This document shows positions 37,300 through 50,660 of a stretch of 64,000 nt of DNA, one piece after another (position 1 is the stretch's first letter; every line of letters starts with the position of its first letter). The stretch is from Mobula hypostoma. Taxonomy: Eukaryota. Location: contig NC_086108.1 in assembly GCF_963921235.1 (NCBI RefSeq), forward strand, positions 105,712,001 through 105,776,000, in the 5' to 3' direction. Under the pieces are notes generated by a model. It was not told the DNA's origin and did not search any database. It saw only the letters and a program-made list of their open reading frames with translations. The position numbers were made by a program, and so were the translations under genes.

Positions 37300-38185
37300 A
37301 TGTTTCCACAGGGATCACTCCCTATGCCACTCCCTTGTCTAATTGTCCCTCCCCACTATCTCCCTCCTAGCACTTATCCTTGCAAGTGGAACAAGTGCTA
37401 CACCTGCCCCTACACCTCCTCCCTCTCTACCATTCAGGGCCCTAAATAGTCCTTCCAGGTGGGGTGACACTTCACCTGTGAGTCTGTTGGGGTCATATAC
37501 TGTGTCTCCTGTATATCTGTGAGACCCTACCCAGATTGGGAGACAAGTTCACTGAGCACCTACCCTCTGTCTGCCCGAAAAATCAGGATCTCCCAGTCGC
37601 CACCCTTTTTAATTCCACTTCCCTTTTCCCATTCCGATATGTCAATTCATGGCCTCCTCTGCTGTCGTGATGAGGCCACACTCGTATCTGAGGAACTACA
37701 ACTTATACTCCATCTGGGTACTCTCCAACCTGATGACATGAACATTGATTTCTTGAACTTCCGGTAATGGCCCCTAGCCATCTTCTTCACCATTTCCCGT
37801 CCCCTTTTCTCTCTCTCACCTTATCTCCTTGCCTGCCCATCACCTCTTTCTGGTGCTTCTAGCCCCTTTTCTTTCTTCCATGACCTTCTATCCCCACCTA
37901 TCAGACTCCCCTTTCTCCAAACCTGTATCTCCTTCACCAATCAACTTCCCAGCTATTTACTTCATCCCTCCCCCTCCTGGTTTCACCTATCACCTTGTGT
38001 TTCTCTCTTCCCCTTCCCAACCTTTTAAAACTACACCTCATCTTTTTTTCTCCAGTCCTACCAAAGGGTCTTGGCCCGAAACATCGACTGTACTTTTTTC
38101 TATAGATGTTGCATGGCCTGCTGAGTTCTTCCAGCATTTTGTGTGTGTTGCTCGGATTTCCAGCATCTGCAGATTCTCGCTTGTT
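37300..38185 (+). mobile_element. Penelope linker, GIY-YIG and 3' tail, degenerate
   Basis: TYPCKWNKCYTCPYTSSLSTIQGPK; SHSDMSIHGLLCCRDEATL...QPDDMNIDFLNFR. Confidence 0.92.
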
Positions 38186-38604
38186 AGGTCTTGTTCATGG
38201 GTTCAATGTCCATTCAGAAATTTAATGGCAGAGGGGAAAAAGCTATTTCTGAATTGTTGAGTGTGTGACTTCAGGCTCCAGTTCCTCCTCCATGATGGAT
38301 GCAGTGACGGATTAATAAATAAATAAACAGAAAACAAACAAACAAATCACCAAATAGGTAGGTAAATAAGTGAACAAGCACGGAGTGCAAGAGAGGAATG
38401 TTCATGAGTTTATGGACCGTTCAGAATGTGATAGCAGTGGTGAAGAAGCATTGAGTGTGGGTTGACTGTTGAGTGATGGCATTCTCCTCACCCTACTGCC
38501 TCAATCCTTCCTGGTGACAGGGCTGCGGGTTTCAAAGGTGCCACAGCAGTTGTCATAGAGTCATGGAGTCTTACAGCATGGAAACTGGTCCTTTGGCCGA
38601 ATTT

Positions 38605-39580
38605 GTGTTAGAGATGGAGGAATTGGGAGAAAGGGATAGCATTTTTACAAGAAACAGAGTGGGAAGAGGTATAGTCCAGGTAGCTGTGAGAGTCCGTGTG
38701 TTTATAATAGACAACAGTAGATAATCTGTCTCTGGAGATGGAGACAGGCAGATTGAGAAAGGGGAGGGAGGTGTTGGAAATGGACCAGGTAAACTTGAAG
38801 GCAGGGTGGAAGTTGGAGGCAAAGTTGATGAAGTTGAGTTCTGCACGGGTGCAGGAAGAAGCACCAACGCAGTTGTCGATGCAGCGTAGGAAAAGCGGGA
38901 GAGTGGCACCAGTATACACGGGAGGTGAGGGGTGAGGGAACTACAGGATTGCTGCCAGTGGATGGCAGATCTCCAGAGTTAATACGGCCATTGATGGTGT
39001 GTAAGGCAATGATCTGGTGCTCCTTGGTGGGGTCCCCTTCAAGAGTTAAGTAAGTGGAAGTGTCTGACAGTTGTTGTCTGGCCTCAGCAAAGTAGAGGTT
39101 AGTCCGCCAGACTACTACAGCACCCCACTTATCTGCAGGTTTGATGGTGAGGTTAGGATTAGTGCGGAGAGAGTGGAGAGCAGTGTGTTTGCAAGGAGTG
39201 AGGTTCGAATTGGATAGAGGAGTGGTGCAGTTGAGACGATTGATGTCTTGTTGGCAGTTAGCAATGAAAAGATCCAGAGTGGGCAGAAGAGCAATCAGTC
39301 TGGGTAGCCTCCAACCTAATGGCAGGAACATTGACTTCTTGAACTTCCAGTAATGTTCCCCCCGCCCTCTCTCCTTCATCATTCCACATACCCCATTCCC
39401 ATTTCTCTCTCTCTCTCTCCTTATCTCCTTACCTGTCCATCACTTCCCTCTGGTGTTCCTCCCCCTTCCCTTTCTTCCATGCCTTCTGCCCTTTCCTATC
39501 AGATTCCCCCTTCTCCAGCCCTTTATCTTTTTGACTAATTGACTTCCCAGCTTTTTACTTCATCCCTCACCCATCCTGAA
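38605..39580. mobile_element. Inverted Penelope: minus-strand RT fragment joined to plus-strand 3' end
   Basis: Minus ORFs 38702..39382 (TIKPADKWGAVVVW) and 38608..38919 (FLRCIDNC, FHPAFKFTWS, YLDYTSSH). From about 39297 the plus strand reads LGSLQPNGRNIDFLNFQ* plus tail. Confidence 0.88.
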
Positions 39581-39624
39581 TAAGGGAACAAGAACTCACT
39601 CTTCAGTTTAAGAGGGAAAAGATA

Positions 39625-40015
39625 AAGTCAGATATGTCAGTATTACAGTGGAGTAAAGGGAATTACAGAGGCATGGGAAAGGAGCTGACTAAAGCTTATT
39701 AGAAGGGGACACTAGCAGTGATGATGACAGAATAGCAATGGCTAGAGTTTCTGGTGGAAATTAAGAAGGCACAGAATAGATATACCCCAAAGACAAAGGG
39801 GTATTCTAAAGGGTGAATGAGACAACTGTGGCTGACAAAGGAAGTCAAAGAAATCATAAAAGCCAAAGAGGCGGCATAGAATATAGTAAAATAATAGTGG
39901 AAATCTAGAGAATTGGGAAGCTTTTAAAATCTAACAGTGGTCAATTAAAAAAACCATAAGGGGGGAAAAAGATGAAATATAGATGTAGGCTCGCCAACAA
40001 TATCAAAGAAGATCA
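39625..40015 (+). mobile_element. CR1 ORF2 internal fragment, degenerate
   Basis: Similar to the region between endonuclease and RT (tggagtaaagggaattacagaggcatg, tgtggctgacaaaggaagtcaaag, gaattgggaagcttttaaaa). Confidence 0.65.
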
Positions 40016-40324
40016 TTTCTAAAGATTTCTCCCAATTTACAAGTTAAACTGCTCGGGATTTGGACTGTAATATATTGGTGTGAAATGAGGATTGTTTACC
40101 AAGCAGAGAGGGTAGGACTGAACACATCATGTTTTGCTTAGGTGTCTGTGACATGAGATTTGGTACTGGGGACAAGCTAAATTTCAAGTCTATATTAACA
40201 ATATTAATGAGTAAATCCTGTTCACTTGTAATTACTGGGTTTATCATACATCTATTTTGAACAAGGATGTAGCATTTTCAAGAAGAAAATAAGAGTTTAC
40301 AAAAGGTTCAAAAAACTAGGTAAT

Positions 40325-41925
40325 GATATGAATTTAGAAGATTATAAAGCTAGCAGGAAGGAGTTTAAGAATGAAATTAGGAGAGCCAGAAGGGGCCTTG
40401 AGAAGGACTTGGTGGACAGGATTAAGGAAAACCCCAAGGCATTCTGCAAGTATGTGAAGAGCAAGAGGATAAGACGTGAGAGAATAGGACCAATTAAGTG
40501 TGTATGGAACTGGAGGAAATAGCAGAGGTAATTAATGAAAACTTTGCTTCAGTATTCACTATGGAAAAGGATCTTGGTGATTGTAGGGATGACTTGCAGT
40601 GGACTGAAAAGCTTGAGAATGTAGATATTAAGAAAGAGGATGTGCTGGAGCTTTTGGAAAGCATCAGATTGGATAAGTCACTGGGACCAGATGAGATATA
40701 CCCCAGGCTACTGTGGGAAGCGAGGGAGGAGATTGCTGAGCCTCTGGCAATGATCTTTGCAATGAGGATGGGAGAGGTTCAGGAGGATTGGAGGGTTGCA
40801 GATGTTGTTCCCTTACTCAAGAATGGGAGCAGGGATAGCCCAGGAAATTATAGACCAGTGAGTCGAACTTCAGTGGTTGGTAAGTTGATGGAGAAGATCC
40901 TGAGAGGCGGGATTTATGAACATTTGGTGTGCCTTAGGGATCTGTTCTGGGACCCCTACTCTTTGTAAGTTTACAAATGACCTGGATGAGGAAGTGGAGG
41001 GATGGGTTAGTAAATTTGCTGATGACACAAAGGTTGGAGGTGTTGTAGATAGTGTGGAGGGCTGTCAGAGGTTATAATGGGACATTGATATGAAGCAAAA
41101 CTGGGCTGAGAAGTGGCAGATGGAGTTCAACCCAGATAAGTGTGAAGTGGTTCATTTTGGTAGGTCAAATATGATGTTAGAATATAGTATTAATGGTAAG
41201 ACTCTTGGCAGTGTGGAGGATCAGAGGGATCTTGGGGTCCGAATCCATAGGACACTCAAAGCTGCTACGCAGGTTGACTGTGTGGTTAAGAAGGCAAACG
41301 GTGTATTGGCCTTCATTTATCGTGGAATTGAATTTAGGAACTGAGAGGTAATGTTGCAGCTATGTAGGAGGGTGGTCAGACCCCACCTGGAGTACTGTGC
41401 TCAGTTCTGGTTGCCTCACTACAGAAAGGATGTGGAAGCCATAGAAAGGGTGCAGAGGAGATTTACCAGGATGTTGCCTGGACTGGGGAGCATGCCTTAT
41501 GAGATTAGGTTGAAGGAATGCGGCCTTTTCTCCTTGGAGCGACGAAGGATGAGAGGTGACTTGATAGAGGTGTACAAGATGATGAGAGGCATTGATCGTG
41601 TGGATAGTCAGAGGCTTTTCCCCAGGGCTGAAATGGCTAGCATGAGAGGGCATAATTTTAAGATGCTTGAAGTGGGTACAGAGGAGATGTCAGGGATAAG
41701 TTTTTTACACAGAGAGTGGTGAATGCGTGGAATGGGCTGCCAGTGGCGGTGGTGGAGGTGGAAATGATAGGGTCTTTTAAGAGACTCCTGGACGGGTACA
41801 CGGAGCTCAGAAAAATAGAGGGCTCTGGGTAAAGCCTAGGTAGTTCTAAGGTAGGGACATTTTCGGCACAGCTTTGTGGGCCAAGGGGGTTGTATTTTGT
41901 TGTAAGTTTTCTATGTTTCTATACA
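40325..41925 (+). mobile_element. CR1 LINE, 5'-truncated, with an internal RT deletion near 40928
   Basis: ORFs 40328..40522, 40498..40968 (EDWRVADVVP, NYRPVS), 41090..41344 and 41351..41722. The QHGF to KAFD segment is missing; FADD lies at about 41015; tail present. Confidence 0.95.
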
Positions 41926-41944
41926 TTAGTCCTCATACATCACT

Positions 41945-42275
41945 TCTGAGTTGAGGCCCTTCACTGGTCGTTGTCCACTATGGATGTTGTGTCCTAGCTG
42001 TGTATGTAATGTGCCAGCCAGAGCAGTACAATAAGGAGAACAATCTTCTCCCATGCAGCAGACTCTCCCTCTCCATGCAAATGATGAATCCAAAGAAAGA
42101 GAACAGCACAGTTTGGCACCAGCAGTGTCGCAGCAGCTGCCAGTTCTGTTAAACTCAACATAAGACTGCCTTAGGGACCCCAGCTCTGGATATTTCCTCA
42201 GGGTTTACTCACAAAGCCTTCCCCATGAAAGGGTATAGCTGCAAGGCAGCGAAGATTTGAGATCAATTTTCCACT
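41945..42275 (-). mobile_element. Non-autonomous retroelement related to 5808-6196 and 7900-8470
   Basis: Reverse-complement blocks cagtttggcaccagcagtgtcgcag and gggtttactcacaaagccttccccatg. Confidence 0.65.
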
Positions 42276-43282
42276 TAGACCCTTGAGTCTATAAGCGTTT
42301 ACAAGATAATAGCAAGAGTTTTATACAGCTGTAACATTACCTCACTACTCTTGAACTCAATCCCCGAATAATGAAAACAAAACACCCTAACTACACTATA
42401 AAATTGCATGCTAACTTTGAAGGATCTCTGTCAAAGACCTCTGCTCCTCCACGTTGCTAAGAATCCCCCCAGTAAACTTGTGCTCTGCCTTCACATTTGA
42501 CCTTCCAATGTGAATCACTTCACACGTTCCTAGCTTCAAATTGGCTTCTCCTCTCCATTTACAACCCCTTTTCTGTTCACAAGTCCTTTTGCGAAACTCC
42601 TCCTGTGTTTGCTGACAGCTCTTTTTCATGCTCTCTCTTTGCCATCCCGTATTTCTTTTTTTTTCATTTTGTTTCTGAACTTATTGCAATCATTAACATC
42701 GACAAACTGAGATCTATCATCTGCTCTTTGTTTCTTTGCTCTATTTCACTTTCTATCATTTTGGTCAACCGGGAAGCTCTGACTTTAAATTCCATACTTT
42801 CCCTGCGTAAATGTACCAAGACTCCAGCTGAGCCATCTCCCCTTTGAAACTTTCCTTTTGTTCAATCACTTAACATATTAGGGCATGGCATTGAATCAAG
42901 AGGTTCTGCAGATGTGGGAATCCAGAATAGCACACACAAAATGCTGGAGGAACACAGCAGCTCAGAAAGGAATATACAGGCAATGTTTCAGGTCGAGACC
43001 CTTCATCAGGACCTGTTATAACTCCTTTCCATTGATGGTATCAGACCTGCTGAGTTCCTCCGGTGTTTTATATATGTCAATATGGTATGACATTAAGTTG
43101 GCTATGTAGAGCTTGAAGATCTACAGTTTAAAGTGTGACTGTGTTAAGCGTTGTGGCTGGTGAATCATGGCCTGGTGAGGAAATTCCAATACATAGGAGC
43201 ACAAGAGGCTACGGAGAGAGTTGGACTCAGTCAATTCCATCACAGGTACAGCTCTTCCTACCATCAAGGGCATCTACAAGAG

Positions 43283-43773
43283 ATTAGATTAGATTAGATT
43301 AAATTCAACTTTATAGTCATTGTGCCGAGTACACTTACAAAGCCAATGAAATGCCTTTAGCATCTGACCAGAAATGCAAAGAATAGTGCTATTTACAAAA
43401 TAACTGCGAATAAAAAGTAAGTGCTACAGCACACAAATATAAAAGTACTGAGACAGTACAATATGGGTGCAATACTGCTTAGCGCTGTGATGAGAGGTTC
43501 TGCAGTGTCACAGCCTCAGGGAGGAAGCTCTTCCTGTGCCTGCTGGTGCGAGAGTGGAGGCTCCTGTAGCGCCTACCGGATGAGAGGAGAGTAAAAAGGC
43601 TATGGTTAGGGTGAGATGCATCCCTGATAATGCTTTTCACCCTGCCCAGGCAGCGTTTATGGTAGATGTTTTCAATGGTGGGCAATTGGTTGCTGATAAT
43701 CTGCTGGGCAGTTTTCACCACACACTGGAGTGCTTTGCGGTCCGATACGGAACAATTGCCATACCACACTGAG
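43283..43773 (-). mobile_element. Rex1/Babar 3' end, same family as 6878-7722
   Basis: ORF 43479..43841 is nearly identical to 7250-7543; (AATCT)n tail. Confidence 0.93.
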
Positions 43774-44250
43774 AAAACAGTACCCATAATCAAGGATCCC
43801 CATGCCCTTTTCTCTGACCCTGATGGAGCCAGAGGATCCACGTTTCTGGGTTCAACAGCAGCTTCTTCTCCACTGCCATCAGGTTCTCGAACTGATCTGA
43901 AAAACCCCTCACACTATCTCAGAATATATTTTATATTACACTCCCTCAACTTACACTGATGTTCTTATCACAATCAAGAGAAAATCTGCAGATGCTGGAA
44001 ATCCGAGCAACACACACAAAATGCTCAAGAAACTCAGCAAGCCAGGCAGCATCTATGGAAAAAAGTACTGGCAGGAACTGATGTTCTTATTTTTATTTTG
44101 ACAGAAGGTACTGGAAAAGGGCCAGTTTCATCATGAAGGATCCCAAACGCCCTGCTCATGGACTGTTTGTTCCACTTCCATAGTGAGGAGTTTATGTAAC
44201 ATCCACGACAGGACCACCTGTTACTTTAAACAGTTACTTTCCCCAAGCAG

Positions 44251-44462
44251 CACAGACAAAATGCTGCAGGAATTCAGCAAGTTAGGCAGCATCTATAGGA
44301 AAGAGTAAACAATCAATGTTTCAGGCCTGATGAAGGGTCTTGGCCCAAAATGTCGACTGTATACTCTGTTCCATAGGTGCTGCCTGATTTGCTGAGTTCC
44401 TCCAGCATTTCATGTATATTGTTCTGGATTTCCATTATCTGCAGACTTTCTCGTGCTTGTCA
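44251..44462. mobile_element. Palindromic Penelope mini-insertion with a 16-bp TSD
   Basis: TACTTTCCCCAAGCAG at 44235-44250 and 44463-44478; inverted arms around a central ctgatgaagggtcttggcccaaaatgtcgac. Confidence 0.9.
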
Positions 44463-45102
44463 TACTTTCCCCAAGCAGTAAGGCTGATCAACAAATCCAC
44501 CCACTAACTCCACTACTAGTTTGTTATTTCCCATCAGTCACCTTATGTATAGCCTAACGTAAAGTTATGGACAGATAATCAATCTATGCATATAAGTTAT
44601 CTTATGTATTTATATTATTGTGTGTTTTTATTATTATTGTGTTCTTTATCTTTTGCCTTTTTTGTGCTGATTTGGAGAACAATTATTTTGTTCTCCTTTC
44701 ATTTGTGTAGTGAAAATAAAATCAAACAATCCCGAATCTTGAATCATGAATGTAAGTAAGTTCTATATAATTCATGTTAATTTATGCTTGCCCTGTTTGT
44801 AATGTACGGTGCTGCAGCTGCGTAAATGGCATTTTATGGCATTTGAATGCTGAATATGTATGTCCATACCAGTAGACTTAAACATTACTTAAACTTGAAG
44901 CAATGCCTAACATAGTTTACAACAAATACATACTGTACCCACTTAGGCCACAAAACACTAACTAGAAGCAAGTCATGTATCCATGGCTAACAAGAGAAAT
45001 TAAAGATGACAGTAGATCCAAAAACAAAGGCCTGCAATGATGCCCAAAAATTTTAGAAGTTAGCAAAGGAGATCCTAGAAATTGTTCAGGAAAGAGGAGA
45101 CT

Positions 45103-45340
45103 GCTTAGTGCGATGTTGTCACAGCCCCAGCGACCGGGGTTCCATTCCACTGCTGTCGGCAAAGAGTTTGTATGTTCTCTGCTAGACCGCGTGGGTTTCC
45201 TCCGGGTGCTCCAGTTTCCTCCCACAGTCCAAAGGCGTACAGGCAGGTGGATTAATTGGTCACATGGGTGTAATTGGGTAGCGCGGGCTTCTTGGGTCAG
45301 AACGGCCTGTTACCGTGTTGTATCTCTAAATTTAAAAAAA
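45103..45340 (+). mobile_element. V-SINE
   Basis: gagtttgtatgttctc...gtgggtttcctccgggtgctccagtttcctcccacagtccaaag. Confidence 0.85.
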
Positions 45341-46766
45341 ATGTGAACATGCAAACAGTGTGTAAACATAAACAGGAGAAAGTCGGCAGTTGCTGGAAAT
45401 CCAGAACAATACACACAAAATGCTGGAGGAACTCAACAGGTCAGGCAGCAACTATGGAAAAGAGTAAACAGTTGATGTTTCGGGCCGAGACCCTTCATGA
45501 CTGAAAAGAAAGGGAGAAGAAGCCAGAATAGAAAGATGGGGAGAGGGGAAGGAGGGCTAGATGGAGGGTGATAGGTGAAGTGTGTAAACACTTCCATACA
45601 TAATAGAACATAGAACATATAGAACAGTACTGAACAAGAATAGGCCCTTTGATCCATAATGTCTATGCTGAACATGATGCTGAAGTAAACCAATTTTCCC
45701 CGGGCTGTACATGATCCATTTCCTCCATCCACTGCATGTTCACCTGTCTATCGAACAGTCTCTTCAATTCCTCTATTGTATTTGCTTCCATCACAATCCG
45801 CGGCAGCCTACCACTCTGCAAAAAATTCTTGGCCCAGAACATCTCCTTTAAACTTTCACCTCCTCACCTTTCATGAATGTCATCTAACAATAAGGCGCTG
45901 AGGGCGAGGGCAGAGTGCGAACTGGTGTTCAGTTCTCTGCTCCATGCCAGTCAGGATCTTCCACCTGGACCTGTCCTGTATGCATGTGTTTTGACCCACC
46001 TCCCTCTCTTCTCACTGCTACCACCAGGCCTTGGTTACATGCCACCAGCATTGAGGGCAGTTGTCCTGTAGCTTTTGGGCTCCTGGACCGACTTCACTCG
46101 CCTCAGTGTTTATCTGGTTCCGTGGCTGTGGACTCCCTATTGGGGAGTCTGCAGTTCATGTTCTGTGTGTTATTTGTTTACTTTGTTTCATTGTTTGCAT
46201 AATTTGTTCACACATTGGATGTTTGATGGTCTTTGTTCTGTGGGGCGTTTTGCGGATTCTATTGTGTTTCTTTGTTTTGAGACCGTCTGCAAGGGGACAG
46301 ATCTCAAGCTGTATGTGGTATGCATACTTTGATAATAAATGTACTTTGAATTTGAACTTCGATCTGATATTTCTGCCCTGGGTAAAAGATCCTAACTGTT
46401 TACTCTGTTTATGCTTTCCCTAACCTTACATAAAGAGTTAATATTGACAGAACCACTACCTATTTTTTCTCTCTTTAGAGATGTTCCAAGACCCGTTAAG
46501 TGTTTCTAATATATTGCCTTTTTATTCCAAGGGACACAGGCCTCCTCTACAACTAAGTTGAGGGTAGACCTCATATTTCACATTGGTAATATCCATCCTG
46601 ATGTTTTGAACATCGATTTCTCTAAATTCCAGTAACCACTCCCACCCTCTGCCCTCCCCCCCCATTGTTTTAACTTATCCCACCGGCCCTGTCACTCCCT
46701 TCTCTTTACCCTTCCCCACACTCTCAATCTGTCCATCACCCAAACATTCCTTCATCTGGTTCCCTC

Positions 46767-47296
46767 TGTTGTGACTATGAACAAAGTCACCAGAGAGACT
46801 TTGAAGCTGCTGGATATAGAAGTCTTTATTCAGCCAAACAGCAAGAATCATACCGGAGACACTCTTGGAAGAAGAAGCTTATAAACTCAAAGTACATCAC
46901 ATTTTTTATACCCTTAAGATCAATGGTAACTCGATATAGTTTCAATAGCTACAATGACATCATTTACTTCAATACTTCGGGTTGACAATACTTCCTTTGA
47001 GTTATGTATAATTTTCAAACACCTAGATCTTCACACCAATTCTCCAGACATCCTAGATTGAATGTGGATCACCATTGTCTCTCGAGCTGCATTCATAGGT
47101 ATGCAGACATCTCAGGTCAATTGGGTATGTTTCCTGGTTTGTAGTTAATCCCAGTCTGCAGCTCCAAGAACACCATTGCTCTGAGCTGCATTTTAAACTC
47201 AATCTACAATCCACATTCAGGTCTGAAGTCTGGTTTCTGTTGAAATTAATATTTGCTTTATACCATAACTCCAGAATATTTGCTCCATACCATAAC
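46767..47296 (-). mobile_element. Putative solo LTR inserted in a Penelope tail
   Basis: Interrupts the Penelope tail (46520-46766 resumes at about 47297); begins TGTTG; minus-strand AATAAA and TATA-like motifs in LTR order. The right terminus and TSD are not clean. Confidence 0.5.
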
Positions 47297-47494
47297 TCCG
47301 TCCCTTTATTCCATGTTCTACTGTTCTTTCCTATCAGATTCCATCTTATTCACTCCTTTTGTCTGTTCCACCTATCACCTCGCAGCTTTTTACATCATTC
47401 CTACTACTCTCCCCACCTGCAGCAGGATTATTTTATCATCCGCCAGATCTTGCTCCACACCTACCCTCCACCCTCTTATTACTGGCTCTATCAA

Positions 47495-47947
47495 GAACAT
47501 AAAAAATAGGAGCAGGAGTAGGCTCTTTGGCCTGTCAAACCTGCTCTGCCGTTCAATAAGATCATGGGTAATCTGGCCATAAACACATCTCTACCTACCT
47601 GCCTTTTCCGCCATAATCCTTAATTCCCCCACTATGCAAAAATCTATCCAACCTTGTCTTAAATATATTTATTGAGGTAGCCTCCATTGCTTCTTCGAGC
47701 AAGAATTCCACAGATTCACCACTCCTTGGGAAAAGCAGTTCCTCCTCATCTCTGTCCTAAATCTACTCCCTGAATCTTGAGGCTATGTCCCCCAGTTCTA
47801 GTCTCACCTACCAGTGGAAACAACTTTCCTGCCTCTATCTTATCCACCCCTTTCATAATTGTATATGTTTCTATAAGATCTCCTCTCATTCTTCTGAATT
47901 CCAGTGAGTACAATCCCAGGCAACTAAATCTCTCCTCATAGTCTAAC
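47495..47947 (-). mobile_element. CR1 3' end
   Basis: aagaacataaaaaataggagcaggagtaggc 3' UTR, then gaattccacagattcaccactc. Confidence 0.85.
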
Positions 47948-48624
47948 GTGCTTCCTTTCCAGTGCTGATGATGGGCCTCGACCCAGAATGTTGGCTGTTC
48001 ATTTTTCTTCGTAGATGCTGTCTGATCCTTTGAGTTCCTCCAGCAATCTGTACAGTGGTCCCTTTTCGTTCCTTATGAATTGAGGTAAGAGAAGTTACCC
48101 GTGGGAATAAGGAAGTGGCCAAGAAAATAAATAAATATTTTGTATCTGGCTTCTAAAAAAAGCACGAAGAGCTTTAGGAGAGAGCTTTAGACATGGAAAC
48201 CATCACGGAAACCATCCTCCCCTTTGTCTACACTTATTTTTGCCTCAGTAGAGCAGCCAGTACAATCAAAAGCTTCACCCAACCTGGGCAATCCCTCTTC
48301 TCCCCTCTCCTGTTGGATGGGTGATAGAAATGTCTGAAAGCACGTACCACCAGGCTCAAGGACAGCTTCTATCTTGCTTTGTAAGGTTTTTGAATGGTCC
48401 CCTAGTGTGATAAGATAAACTCTTGACATCACAATCCACTTCATCATGGCATTGCACTGTGTTGTTTGTCTGCAATACGTTTTGTACCTCCAAGAGGTCC
48501 ACACCCTTGTCGTGGTTTGGAGGCTTGCATACCTCAATGACCCAGAGAGCTATGCTGGCTGGAGTCAGTTCTTTATGCTTTGGCTCTTGGTAGTATCACC
48601 CAAGCCAAGCAGGTCATAGGTCCT

Positions 48625-48966
48625 AGGATGTTGTCCAAGTCGCATGCCATCTTGGACAATGTCTCCCATCCACTACATAATGTACTGGGTGGGCACAGGA
48701 GTACATTCAGCCAGAGACTCATTCCACCGAGATGCAACACAGAGCATCATAGGAAGTCATTCCTGCCTGTGGCCATTAAACTTTACAACTCCTCCCTTGG
48801 AGGGTCAGACACCCTGAGCCAATAGGCTGGTCCTGGACTTATTTCCTGGCATAATTTACATTTTACTATTTAATTATTGATGGTTTTATTACTATTTATT
48901 ATTTATGGTGCAACTGTAACGAAAACCAATTTCCCCTGGGATCAATAAAATGTGACTATGACTATG
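48625..48966 (+). mobile_element. Rex1/Babar 3' end, same family as 9695-10782
   Basis: ORF 48580..48825: RMLSKSHAILDNVSHPLH...GGSDTLSQ; (GACTAT)n tail. Confidence 0.93.
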
Positions 48967-49574
48967 TTAAGAGGCCAGACTAAGAGTGGTCCACTGGTCT
49001 TCCAGGTTCAGGGGTTCAGCTCAGCTAAAAAACACTGACTGGCCAAACAAAATTGTTATGAAAACAGCAATGAGGAATCCTTCTACATCTGAGTGGTTCA
49101 GGACAGACAACAATGGAGGACCTTCACCAGCAGGCGTAACGGGTAGTAAGTAAGTAAATGTGCTTTGTCTCACACACACACACACAAATAATTTGTGTGT
49201 GTTTAGCTCTGGATTTGCAGCATTTGTAGAATCTCTTGTGTTTATGATTCTGCGTTCTGTGGTTGTCTTTCCTTTGTACCACTCAATGTACTGATATGAT
49301 TCATGACGTGTATGGATGGCATGCAAAACTAAGTTTTCCACTGTACCTTGGAACCTATCACAATAACAAATCAATCTGAGAATAATAAGCAAATTTAGCA
49401 ATTCAATAATTTGTGGAAATAATGAACAGCGGCTCGTTAAATAGCAAGACCAAAAACTAATAAATTCTGAGCATCTGATTACCTGCTTCCTGGGATTTTG
49501 AAAGATTTTGCCAAGATGATGATTTTTTTCCCAAAATTCTATAGATTCCAGGATTTTTTTCCCCATAGATTCAA

Positions 49575-50660
49575 AGGTAGAAGGTACAACCCCCCTGTTG
49601 AAGAAGGAAGAGAGATTGAAAACAGGGAACCGCAGATGTTAACTTGAGATCAGTAGTCAAGAAAATGCTGGAACCTATTAAGGAAGAGGTAACAAGGCTC
49701 TGAGAATATAATACTAGCATTAGCAGGGTCAATGGGGATTTTTGAATGGGAAATCACATCTGACAAATCTTTTGGAGCTTTTTAAGGTTGTATCTTGCTG
49801 ATTAGCTTGGGGAAACACTGGAATTACAGCGACTGGACTTTCTAAAATCATTCAATATGTTGCCTCACAAGAGGGTATTCAAAAAAGTTCGATTAATACT
49901 GTAGTGCACAAAACTAACTACTGGAATAACTCAGCAGCTCTGGGCCTGTATTCACTAAGGTTTAGAAGAATGAGGGTGGGGGTGAATCTCATTGAAACCT
50001 ACTGAATATTGAAAGGCCTAGATAGAGAGGACATGGAGAGGACATTTCCAACAGCAGGAGAGTCTAAGACCACAGAATGCCAGGATATCCCCTTTAGAAC
50101 AGAGATGAGGAGGAATTTCTTTAGCTAGAGGGTGATGGACCTGTGGAATTTATTGCCACAGACTGCAGTAGAGGCCAAGTCATTGGCTATATTTAAAGCG
50201 GAGGTTGATGAATCAGGTTGTCAAAGGTTACGGGGAGAAGGCAGGTGAGTGGTGTTGAGAGGGATGATAAATAAGCCAAATAGGTGGCACGTTAGCGCAG
50301 TGGCTGGCTGGCACAACGCTTTACAGTACCAGCTACCTGGTTCAATCCCTATCGCAGTCTGTAAGGAGGTTGTACATTCTTCCTGTGACTGCATGTGTTT
50401 CCTCCGAGTGCTCTGGTTTGCTCCCAGAGTCCAAAGATGTACTGACTGGTAGGTTAAATGGTCATTGTAAATTGTCCCGTAATTAGGCTAGGGCTAAATA
50501 AGGGATTGTTGGGCAGCACTGAAAGGACCTGATCCACACTGTATCCCAATAAATAAATGAATAAATAAATAAACAATAAATTGATAAATAAATAAATGTG
50601 GAATGGTGGAGCAATCTCGATGAGCTGAATGGCCTAATTCTGCTCCTATGTCTTATGTCT
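49575..50660 (+). mobile_element. Degenerate CR1 fragments whose 3' UTR is split by a V-SINE (50281-50597)
   Basis: CR1 RT and C-terminal similarity at 49575-50278; UTR resumes at about 50598 (ggaatggtggagca...ggcctaattctgctcctatg). Confidence 0.78.
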
